A DNA stretch of 64,000 nucleotides from the NCBI GenBank assembly GCA_964247055.1, contig OZ176053.1, forward strand, positions 3,534,001 to 3,598,000. The letters run 5' to 3'. This document shows positions 27,128-38,445 of this stretch, piece after piece. A program made the translations under genes and the position numbers. How positions within the stretch are numbered: position 1 is the first letter of the stretch; every line of letters begins with the position of its first letter. The DNA is from Paragordius varius. Its lineage: Eukaryota; Animalia; Nematomorpha. The notes beneath the pieces were generated by a model that worked only from the letters and a program-made list of their open reading frames with translations, searched no databases and was not told the origin of the DNA.

Positions 27128-28024
27128 TCTATATATTTATAAAAATGGAAAATGCTGGCTTTGTGATCTGGTACAGGAAAACCGGTAGACCCAATCAAAT
27201 ATAAATATCGAAAAAATATAATCATTAATAAATGTCCCGAAAATAGCTTCGCCCTTTTTTTGAAATAGGCCCCCAGTTCGGGCCACCCCGTATGAAAAAC
27301 GGGTTTTTTTTGAAAACAGAAGTCTACAAAAATCGTGTTTTTGAGACAATTTTACGGAGAACGTGTTGGACCATTCAATTTCAAATATGATTTTTGTTTA
27401 CTTATTTTCGATTGCGCCGAACATAGTCGAGTCAATTTTTTAATTTAGGCCCTCTTTTTACCTTCTCCCCCCGTAAAATGCCATTTTTTTCAAAAAACTA
27501 AGTCCACAAAAATAATTTTTTAAATCGATTTTTTGCCCAAGGTATGAGACTGTAAAAACTCAATATGGATTCCACTTATTCCCTGTTAAAAGGCAAAAAT
27601 TTTAGTCCACCGTTTATTTGATGATAGCTGCTGGGTAAGGAGCTACCCGCTAAAAACTGATTTTTCATATAACTTTGTGATCTGTTTCCGGAAAACCGGT
27701 GAACCCAATCAAATCCAAATATCGAAAAAATATAATCATTAATAAATGTCCCGACAATAGCTTCGCCCTTTTTTGAAATAGGCCCCCAGTTCGGGCCCAC
27801 CCCGTGTGAAAAATGGGTTAAGTCAATTTTCCGGAGAACGTGTTGGACCATTCAGTTTCAAATATGATTTTTGTTTACTTATTTTCGGTTGTGCCGACCA
27901 TAGTCGTCTCGCTTTTTTAATTTAGTCCCACTTTTTACCCGCTCCCCCCGTAAAATGCCATTCCCCCCCCCCAGAAGTCCGAAGGACTTCCTCGGGCTGC
28001 GTAGCAGCACGAGATTTACGCTAG
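27128..28024 (+). mobile_element. Non-autonomous Helitron, 897 bp, with an internal tandem duplication
   Basis: 5' end A|TCTATATATTTATAAAAATG and 3' end CTAG|T, so it sits in an AT target with no TSD. Subterminal hairpins GAAGTCC-GAA-GGACTTC and GCTGC-GTA-GCAGC, the second about 12 nt before CTAG. Two copies of a 300-330 bp GC-richer unit start at 27159 and 27673. Confidence 0.8.
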
Positions 28025-29315
28025 TAATTAATAAAAGATTAGCTACATTCCATCAAAATTGATATTTGTAATTAATATCAGTTGTTGGTTTCAAACCGTG
28101 TTTCGATGTCACGATTTCTCTATAAGACACAAAACTGTTAAAATATAAGTTTTTCTTATATAATACATGAGAACAGTGTTTGAAAAACAGTATTTTACAG
28201 AATTGAGCTTTTAGATGTAAATTACCCCAATAAATCAACATGTTATTAAGTGTTAAAATGCACGAAACCAACTAATGCATAAGTTTTATTATTTATTAAA
28301 TTTAAACAAAAAATTGCTACATAATAATATTTTCTACAATAAATTTCTTTATTTTTTGTAACAATATTATATCACATGATAGCCATATGCATATATTTTT
28401 TGACTCGATTTCATTAAAAGCGGTTACAGGAATCACGGTTATGAATTCATTTAAAAACTGTTATACCTAACCGTAGTCGAAATCGAATTGAAATTAAATT
28501 ACTCATTACAGTATTCACATTTGTGCTAGCTTTTTTACATTATTGATGGTTAATTGGCAACACAGCAGTGTATGGGTAAAAACAACAAAATAATTATAAA
28601 CAATTTTGTTCTGACTTACAATTTGTTTTTTGATTAGTTATGGAAAAAATTACCATAAAATGATGGCGAGATTCGAGAAAAAAACACTTGTAACGTTAAT
28701 ATTTTTCGCAAATTAAAACTAACGTTTAAGTTTAATAGTCTGCCGATTTGTTTCGGCTAAATAAATGTTTTTATATCTATGTACAAAGTGTGAAAAAATT
28801 TGATTTCTTGCACACCTATTTTAATTAAACTAAAAATGAGAACACCATAATTCTTTTTTTACTAATTATGTTTTTAAAATTTTAATGTTTTATCTATAAT
28901 AATGATTTATTTTTAGTTGAAATCAATGTAGATTATTTATTTTAACATATTTTATCAATCAACGAACACTGGTTCCATTTTCACCCACAGAATTTATGAT
29001 GTGAGATGCCATCTTTTCTAAAAACCAGTTCTACAGTTGCCTATGGATTTAGATTAAACAACGATAAAAATACTAATATGGAAAATAATTTTATTTATAC
29101 CGATAATCGGAATATAATTTTATCACACTAAAACCTTTATTATTATACCGCAATATATACGCATGTATATATATATATACACTGGTGTTTTATGGCATCT
29201 TTATTTCTTCGAATCCATATGAAACCAATATAATTAACGAGATGATATGATATGATTACTATATAAAATAATAACGTAAATAGTGTGCGCGTTCGTCTTC
29301 CAATAATAATGCTGC

Positions 29316-30294
29316 ATGCAAACGTTATCGGAGATAAAATATACATCAGCCTTTAATTCAATCGTAAATTCCATACTTTTAACAGCTAATCCATTTGCTA
29401 ATCAGGATTACAGTAAAATCTCTGCTCTGCAACGTGCAAACAGTGATGTTAATCAATTCATCATAAATGTTGGATTACTCATATTTTTATTTGGTATCAT
29501 ACTTACCACTCTGTTCACCGTAGTTTTGTGCATACGAAGGCGCGTAGATAAGGCTATGAAAAATACTAAACCAAAAATTATTGCAAATACCCTTGATGCT
29601 AACAAAACGAATAATGCTAAAGAAATAACTCCCATCAAGGATAAAGCAAAAAGTGATAAGATACCAAATGTGGCAGCAAACACCTTAAATTTAAACGCTT
29701 CCGCCGCAAACCCAAATGTCCCAAATCTAGGGTACTGCTTTTTATAAGCCGGATAAGGGGCAAATTTATTACTTTTTATCGGAGTAACTTTTAAAGATAG
29801 AGTAACAGTTACTTAATTGGAAAATTTAAGATTCCATGATTTGATGCCACCTTAATTATAATACTAGTAATCTTAAAATCGGTAGCCATACTAAATTTGC
29901 ACGCTAAGTTTAATATTGTGGAATAATAGGATAACAGTTAACTACTGTTAAAAGATAAATGTATTTTTAACTCATGTGTAAAAGTGAATAACTATTTCGT
30001 AGACTTTAAGTAATCAAGGTCATTTCCAAAATTAATCATGCATGGATAAAAAAAGATTTTAAAGATTTAAAATTAATGAGAAACAATAGGTGTTCCCAAT
30101 TATTTTAAATTGATTTTATGGCCAATCATCCCTCTATTTAACTATTGCTTGCTAAAAAAGATTGTATAAATTACATTTCTCGTTACATTTTTACACCAAA
30201 AACAAATGAATTGTTTACTATTGTTTAAGAGTGTTTTTTGACCTTGATGTGTTAACTATCATTGGACACAACATTGAAAGTTTAACTTATGTTT

Positions 30295-30348
<54 letters not shown>

Positions 30349-33300
30349 AAATAATTTATTTGTAATTTTAATATACATGTCTTTGGCTTTATCCGAATTT
30401 ATTCTTCAAAAAATAATTGATATGCCAAACTTGAAAATTTAATCTTTCCATAATAATATAGAAAAAGTATTTTGGTATTAGTTCTAAAAAAATAGAAGAA
30501 GCAATATATATAAAAAAACAAATTAACAAATAAAGATTATTCATACAAACACAATCCAAATTAACCATATTGATAACAGGGGTCAAATGCACGGGCCGCA
30601 TTTTTGATTCAAAAAATCGCGCTATTGGCGTTTTATTAAATTTATCTGGTTCCAATTATTAATTATGCATCAATATATTACCATCTATTTTATCAACTTT
30701 TGTTAGTTAACGAAATTTGGGGGCCCTTTTTAAGAATTTGCTTGAGAAATATTAAAATTTTAAATTTTTCGAAATTTTCCACGCGTTGCACACAATCCGG
30801 AGGGGCGCCATTAGGACACCCGTGTTTTGAAAGCTTTGTAGTTTTGAGTTTTTTAAACGGTTTAAAAATATAAAATTTTACTTTTTATAGTAGTCAAGCG
30901 TTGCCTTTAAAAAAGACACCTAGCCTTATCATACAGGATATCATTGAAGATTTACCTGAAGATTTAAAAATCACAATTGATGAATATGAATCGTGTTGGA
31001 TGAAAAAGGGCTACAATTATTCAGAAAGCCCAAACAACCAAGGATTATTGAGTAGTATACCCATATTTTAATTTATAACATTCTAATCAAATCTTCTTGT
31101 TCATGTTACCGGCAATTTATAAGAATTAATTTTTATTTAAAAAAATTGCAAATTTTTAGCGCTTTATTCTATAAGGTGAAAATATATGCCTCCACATATA
31201 TTTATATTAATATAACAAACATATTAAAGTATTTATGAAGTTTTATTGGATATTGTTTGCATGCAAAATAAACTTTTTTAATTTAAATTTATTTATAACA
31301 AGCAAGAAAATTCTAACGATATACCTAAAACCATTCCTGCTACTCCTACTCCTAATAATAATAGTAAAAATGCACCAACAGAAGATATTTTGGACAAATA
31401 CCAAGCGTTTTACATGTCCAAATTGCAATCACAAAATACCACAACTGATATACGCATTCCTGAAACTAATTCTAAACCTAAACCAGAGGTAGAAGTTGCC
31501 ACAACGAAATCTATCGAACCTTCCCTAAGACCAAAAATTGATACTGATACAAAAGTTCAAGAAAAAAATATGACGAGCGTCGTCCCACCCAATGTGATAG
31601 AACCCAATAAATCCGTGCCTAATCCTATACCCAAGATTGAAACTATAACAGTTGCAACAGTAAAAGAAACAAAACCGACAGACGTAATATCTTTATTATC
31701 ATGTATAAAAATTTTTGAGTTTGACTTTTTGCTTATTCTAAAGGGTAACGAATTAAATTGTGTTACTTTTCCCTCAAAAAACTTTACCTTATGCCTACCT
31801 ACCTTTAAACCACACGGTCATGATGATAAAATTTTGCATACTTTTTAGAATAGAAAGCTTTATGGTAGCCATTCTACTACCACGCCTTTTAAATTTTTCG
31901 TTTCGGGATTAATTTAAAGATAATAATAATATTTTTGCTATCAAAATATAAATTATATAATCCCCACAAAAATAAAACGCTTATATTATTAAATTTATCA
32001 TTACAATCTATGAGCCAGGCATTTCAAGGAGAGCCGGCTCAAGTAGCCTACCCTTAAGAAATTTGAGATAAAAACTTTAAGCGATTTTCGTAGATTAAGA
32101 AATTTAAACCTTATTGCCAAAAAGTAGGAAAATATGGAGGTATAGAGTATATATTGAGCTGCTATTCAAATGGTTTATAATGTTTTAAAATATATTTTTT
32201 TAAATCCAAAAAGATAGTGCCTAAAATTTGGAACCTAATTTTTACTGGTTGAAGTTAAATCTGTCGACATATGAAACTAAACTATCTCGATTATTCGATA
32301 TGAAGGATTGCATATTTAAGTTTATAAAGAATTGGTGTTGCCTTTATATCATTAATATTATCATTTCAATGTCAAAATAAAGGAATCATATTTTAAATTA
32401 TAGCGAGTTTCAAGAATATCAAAGGTTGATCTTTAAAAAAGATATACCACACATTAGCGATTAAAAAATAACTTCATTCTGAAAGCTTTAATTGGCCCAA
32501 TTTAAAGCGTTTCAATATAGGGATTCCTGTTTCTTTTTAAAATATTTATAATCTTCATCTTATTTCTTTGCAGCCAAAATTTTTTATTCATAAAATTAAA
32601 TAAAATTGTTTTGATTATATAAAGTTATATATATGTATATATACCATTTATACCTCGACTTCCCCCTTAAACACTATAATTTCGGCTAATTTAACCTATT
32701 ATTCATATATTTTTTTATGGCTAGTATATAACCTTTTTTTGTACTATGTTAATAAACAAAGTTTTATTTTTTTAAAATACCAAAAAGTAAATTTTGATTT
32801 CCGAGAACTTAATTTATTTAGTGTGAATTTGTAATGTTTGAGGGTTGATGTGAAGTGTTTAAGGGTAAATTTGAAATGTAATTGATTTATAACACTAGAT
32901 AACAAATTTTTCTGCCACTCGAGTTTTTTGCACTGATATTTATTATCATTTTAACAGTAAATCCGAATCAAAAATTATAATTCCAACTAAGAATTTTGTA
33001 TAATTTGATTTTTTTGATTATCCGTCTATCAAAATTTTGCTAAATTTTTTAAAAAATATACAACAAATGCCCATTTGTAATATATCTTATAAAATGCATA
33101 TTAATATATTTCATCAATATTGGACATTGGAAGAAACGAGCGAAGCGAGAGCGTTTTTTCTATTTTTAAAATTAATGGCTGAAAATAGCATTAACTTTGT
33201 CTTGATGGCAATGGAAGTCCAAAAATAGATAACACAAGAAAGTTTTCTGAAACACTTATTTATTGCTTTTATGTCATTCAAAACAGCTATTTTATGTTTT

Positions 33301-34437
33301 TTGTTTTTAAAAAATTACCATGTCAACATATTATTTTGTTTTCTTTAAAAGGCTTATAATTTCGAAATTTCAACTAAAAACAAAGTTTAAAGCATTTTTT
33401 TTATTTTTTTAACAATTATGTTATAAACTTGCAGTTATAAGCATTTTTGTATCCACTAGATAAAATACTTTTCGCAATAATAATTGTTGTTTAAAAAGCA
33501 AACCAAAAGCTTTTTTAAAGATTTTTATTTTTTTAAAATAATTGATATGATTTTTAAATTAGTTTGTCTGTGAAAATTTTTGACTTATTTAAGGGTTAAA
33601 AATTTGATCATATAAACCCAAATAACTTTTACATCAGATTGATTTAAATGACCTACTATCATTCGAAAGATAGTTTTTCGCGCTCTTTTGAATGGTATAA
33701 AATACATGGCTCTATATCTCAACCTTATTTTGAAAATAAAGCTTTATTGTTAAATCGGGGCTAAGAATCACCTATAAACCCTAATAAAAAAAATTCTTAG
33801 GTGTTAAACCAATTATTTTTATATACATTTTATGTACTTGAATGAAATAAATTTTAAATTTTTAAGAATGGCAGTTAAAAGCCCAAATTTGTTGTCTACT
33901 GTATTTAGCAAATATAATTGATATTTATAATCAGATGCTCATGAATTTGATTTTTGTCATTAATTTCAATACAAGTTAAAAAAATTATTCCAAAATTTTG
34001 AAGGATTATATTTTGACTATGAAAAATCACTCGTTGTATTTCAGTATGACTTAAAGTAAAATTTTAGTATATTAAGAATTTCTTTACATGTCAATAAGGG
34101 AATAATGCTTTTAACACAACATGAGTAAACTTTAAACTATGTTTAATATGTCAACCACACCTTAAATATTAACTAACTCATGACTGCAATTACAAAGTTT
34201 TATAATGCAAACCACATTAATATTGTATTACACGAATTTGTTGACTGCATTTAGACTACTACGCCCAACAATGTCTTAATACGCCGCCAATCAGCCCTAG
34301 TTACCAAAGCAAAAGAATCCAAACCCGATAAAAAGACAACGACAGAAAAAGGGAAGAATGTCCACCCCAACACAAATGTTGCAGGAACGGCGACTGATGA
34401 AGAGGCACACAATTACTATTATTACGGAGAAGAATAA
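29316..34437 (+). CDS. Orphan single-pass membrane protein, four predicted exons (29316-29731, 30924-31051, 31307-31683, 34255-34437), about 367 aa
   Basis: TM segment FIINVGLLIFLFGIILTTLFTVVLCI followed by RRR. GT-AG junctions have compatible phases (2, 1, 0) and give one open frame. The P/T/K-rich tail ends EEAHNYYYYGEE*. No family recognised. Confidence 0.65.
30297..30346. repeat. (TA)n microsatellite, about 25 units
   Basis: Pure TA run seen directly. Confidence 0.95.
30577..30824. mobile_element. hAT-like MITE relic
   Basis: CAGGGGTC...GGACACCCGTG ends with internal GGGCCGCA and TTTTTGATTCAAAAAA shared with 50169-50478. No intact 8-bp TSD. Confidence 0.5.
32642..32888. mobile_element. 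Degenerate MITE family A copy in intron 3 of the orphan gene
   Basis: TACCATTA..CCCTTAAAC left end and GGGTAAATTTGAAATGTAA right end resemble the other family A copies. Confidence 0.5.
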
Positions 34438-34720
34438 AAATATAAACAAATATAATAACCACAGTGTACCTATACATTAATACAATTTTGTGTTTTATTT
34501 AGTTAGTATATATATGTATGTATATGTACAAAAATAAAATTTATGAGAGAGAGAAAGATGACTTAAGGCAATCTCACATATTTATAACCAAATTATACAT
34601 TGGAATTGTATTGCATTAAAAAGTTTGCCTGAAACCAACAAAATATATGTATATTTCATCACAAACAAAATACAAATTAATTGGTGTAGATAAAAAGCGA
34701 CTAGCTTGTATGGTAGCATA

Positions 34721-35188
34721 TTAGATAGACTTAAAATATAAAATGCTTATAAAAGGAAGCGATATTAATAAAAATAATGGCTTGTTTATAGTCATTGCAA
34801 AATTACATCCATCTCGAGCACAAGAACAGTAGTAACCCTTGGTGCCACTTTCCTTAGTGTTGGTACACCCCTCAGGTTTATATGAATCAATTTTCCAAGC
34901 ACAATACCTCGTAATCCTAGGCTTTTTATCATCTAAAAGTTATAAAAATTCTTTACCATTTATTTCGGTTGTTATTTTTCGACATGCAATGGCCTGCAAA
35001 CCGGCATTGTAAGCCCGACCGGCAGTAGAACAATCAACTAAGTAATTTTTGTAGTTATCGATACAATCTTCATTTTTATTACTATTGCATTCATAACATT
35101 TTAGTGATTTTACACCTAAATTATATAGATAAACTTCACTTAAAATTTGATTTAAGGCTGTAAAAATTAATATTCCCAATATAAACAT
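34721..35188 (-). CDS. GPI-anchored Ly6/uPAR three-finger protein (crooked/quiver-like), three exons
   Basis: Signal peptide MFILGILIFTALNQILS, then LKCYECNS..EDC..VDC..ACRKI..RYC..GC..YCSCARDGCN (all 10 LU-domain cysteines), then a hydrophobic GPI-signal tail PLFLLISLPFISILYF. Requires 24-nt introns at 34933-34956 and probably 35116-35139. Confidence 0.88.
34933..34956 (-). other. 24-nt spliceosomal intron GTAAAGAATTTTTATAACTTTTAG
   Basis: Contains an in-frame TAA. Removal joins the two halves of the LU domain (phase 1, N-D-D-K-K-P-R). Confidence 0.85.
35116..35139 (-). other. 24-nt intron GTGAAGTTTATCTATATAATTTAG (in frame, no stop)
   Basis: Phase-1 GT-AG segment exactly between the signal peptide and LU domain, the usual Ly6 intron position. 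The frame is also open if it is retained. Confidence 0.65.
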
Positions 35189-35722
35189 ATTAAGGTCACA
35201 TGGAATTACAAACCTCCTCGAAACAAAAATTTAAAAAAAAATATACTCAAAACGCAGTATATATAAAATATAACTTTATAAATAATAAAAGAGATTTGAC
35301 ATTCCCAATTATAATCAATTGAGTGATTTAAATAATTTATATTAGTTAAAGATCATTGTTCAGTATCAACAAATAATATTTGTTTTCTTATAGTTTTTTA
35401 GCATACTTGCGATAACACCAAATAAGTTCAAAAACATTCGCCAAATATATTTTCAAGCAATTAAATATCCATATTTTAATTTTTACAAATCTCTATTGTT
35501 AACTTTAACTAGCCGATTTAGGCTAACGAGTTTCAGCGCCAAAATATAATCATAAATAGTTTATGATAAAAGACATTCTTTGAAGCATTTTCCCTAAAAT
35601 TTTTTTATTATAGCAGCTAATGTTTTGAATAGATCATTTATAATATATTTTTATTTAAATGACAGACCCAAATTTAAAAGCAACATAAGTGGTTTGTTTA
35701 TCCATTAGAATATGCATTTGGT

Positions 35723-36463
35723 TACAACACATTCCTTTCAGTACTTTGATTCAAATTGGGGTAGATAAATCTCCCAGGTCTGTCTTAAATTATATAATTC
35801 AAAAAATATGGAATGAATTGATTCCATGGCAAATTGCACATTTATTACATTCATTAACCGAAATATATAAAAAATTTCATTCAAAATACTTGATATTACT
35901 TATTTTAAAACCTTCAAGGTTAAAATTTAGTCAGCATGACATGTGTGTATTAGCTAAATTTAAAAATAATACAACATAAACCACTTTTTCTGTTTCTATC
36001 AATGTTAGATGTGATTTAATAAAAAAATAACTTGCATTTTGGATTCAAAATCAAATAAACAGAATATTTTGGATAAATTTTGTAAAAGGAAAATGGCGTC
36101 GAAGTAGTTTGATATGGAACTTTTTTTCAAAACCAAATTTTATTTAGATATTTTGGTATATTTATATAATTTTTATTAGGATAGAAGCATAAATTTAATT
36201 GAAACCGTTTCTTTCAGTAGTTTTTCAAAAAAATTAACTTAATAGTCTGGGTTAAATACCCCAATTTGAATCGAAGTGTTAAAATAAGTAATATTATTTT
36301 TGAATAAATTTTTTTATATATTTCCGTTCATTAAAGTTATATAGGTGCAAATGTTTGCCATGGTTTCAATTCATTCCACATATTCAAAATATTTTATTTA
36401 AAACAGACCTGGGCTATCCAACTACCTCAATTAGAATCGAAGGACTGAAATGAATGTGTTGTA
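35723..36463. mobile_element. MITE family B, complete copy (about 740 bp, about 190-bp TIRs, TA TSD)
   Basis: TA-CAACACATTC...GAATGTGTTG-TA. The arms are long imperfect inverted repeats carrying a GGGGTA-N5-TACCCC-type palindrome. Confidence 0.8.
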
Positions 36464-36797
36464 TTTAATTGAGAGAGTTGTTACTACTTTTGTGATAATG
36501 TCTTTATATAATACGCAACTTGCCCACATTATGGTAAAAAAATTTGAATTGCCAAATATTTTAATCCAGAGTATATTATAAAATAGATATGTTATATTTA
36601 AACAGGGAAAAATATTTTATAAAACTTTTTGATGTGGAATCTATAAGTTTCAATTTTATCCCCTTCTAAAATGGGATTTTTTAAGAACATATTCAAAGGG
36701 AAGTTATTTATTAACTTTAAGATAATTTTTATATTTGGAAAAATGCAAAGTTTGTTTATAAATTTGATTCAAACTTAATATGCTACATCCTGCTCTA

Positions 36798-37358
36798 TTA
36801 ACACTTTGATTCAAATTGGGGTATCTAAATACCCCAAACTAAATTTGAGTTAGGATTTTTAATAACCTACGGAATGAAACGGACCCAATTTAAATTTATG
36901 CTTCTATCTTAATAAAAATTATATAAATATGCCAAAATACGATAAAATTTTGTTTTGAAAAAAACGTTCCATGTCAAACTACTTCGACGCCATTTTTATT
37001 TTACAAAATTTTTGCATATCGTCTTCATTTAATTTTGAAGGTAAAATTAAAGCTAATTTTTTATTAACATCTAACAATGATAGAAATAGAAAGAGAGGGG
37101 TATTATGTATTATTTTTCAATTTTACCATTGCACACATGTCACGTTGACTAAATTTTTACCTTTCTATTTTAGCTTAAAAATCAGTTATATCAAATATTC
37201 TTGAATAAATTTTTTTTATTTCGCTTTATTAATGTTATAAAAGTGCACAATTTTGCCATGGCTTCGATTCCTTCCATTTTTTCAAGATTTTAATTTTAAA
37301 CAGGCCTGGGGTATTTAACTACCCCAATTTAAATCGAAGGATTAAAATGAATGTGTTG
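36798..37358. mobile_element. MITE family B partial copy, inverted relative to 35723-36463
   Basis: 36955-37005 is the reverse complement of 36080-36130 (AAAATGGCGTCGAAGTAGTTTGA). It ends AAATGAATGTGTTG. Confidence 0.75.
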
Positions 37359-38043
37359 CCAAATGTCAAACCATGATAGGAACTGTATCCAAACACACTA
37401 GAATATATTAAAAACTTTTCTATATAAGAATGTCAACATTTCTCGTACCTCAAAAATTGGTTCGTTTTTGGAATTTGCGTGAATTTTTATTAATAAAACA
37501 ATTTCTATTTAACACTCCATGACTGCGGACATGTTGAGGAGGTTTTATGCAGAATTCTATCTACTACCTTTTTGAGAGCTATTATAATTGTATCAAACAT
37601 TGTTCCCGTATTATATAAAAAAGATCATATTTTTTACAGTTTTGACTTCTAGAGTCTAATCTAAATAGTGACAACTTTAAAACATGATATAGCTAAACAG
37701 AATTTTAATATCAATAAATATCAAGTTATTGCTATAAAAATGTAAACTGAAAGCTTATAAAGTTAATATTCACAATATAATTTATTTGCCTATTTCAGTC
37801 ACGAATTTAAAAAAATACAGAAAAAATTGGCGGCATATAGGTTTGAGATGTGGATTTTTAAAATATTCCATTTTAACCATAAAATTTTGCCAATGTGCCA
37901 AAGGCTGAAGAATGCATGTTTTTAAATTCGCCCTAAAACGTTAAACACTTTATTAGATATTCTAATTCCAAATCGGGATATCAAACTACCCCAAAAAGTC
38001 ATTAATGGCAACAAATATTTGAATATTAACGAGTCACCTGGAT

Positions 38044-38445
38044 TTAACACATTCATTTGGGACAAATTAAAACGATTGCGAAAGTTGTGCATTTCTATAC
38101 CATTGATGCACCGAAATATAAAAAGAAAATTTAAAAAAAACTCTTTATTCTAAATGTACAAATTTAGTTAACATGACATGTGTGCTTTATATTAGATGTT
38201 ATTCATATAAAATATTAGCTATATTTTAGCGTTATAATCAAATATTCCCGATATATTGCAAGAATGTTGTGTAAAAATGGCGTTCAAGTATGATAAGGAG
38301 ATTTTTTCAATAATTTTTTTCAGACATATATCCTTATATAATATTTATTAGGATAGAAGCATAAATTAAAATTGAAACCGTTTTTTTCAGTAGTTATTTT
38401 AATCAACTTAAATATAGTCTGGGGTCTCTAGATACCCAAACTCAA
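38044..38445. mobile_element. MITE family B partial copy, direct orientation
   Basis: Shares TAACACATTCATTT, CATGACATGTGTG, AAAATGGCGT, TTAGGATAGAAGCATAAATT..GAAACCGTTT and TAGTCTGGG with copy 1. Further end fragments lie at about 56535-56565 and 62508-62565. Confidence 0.7.
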
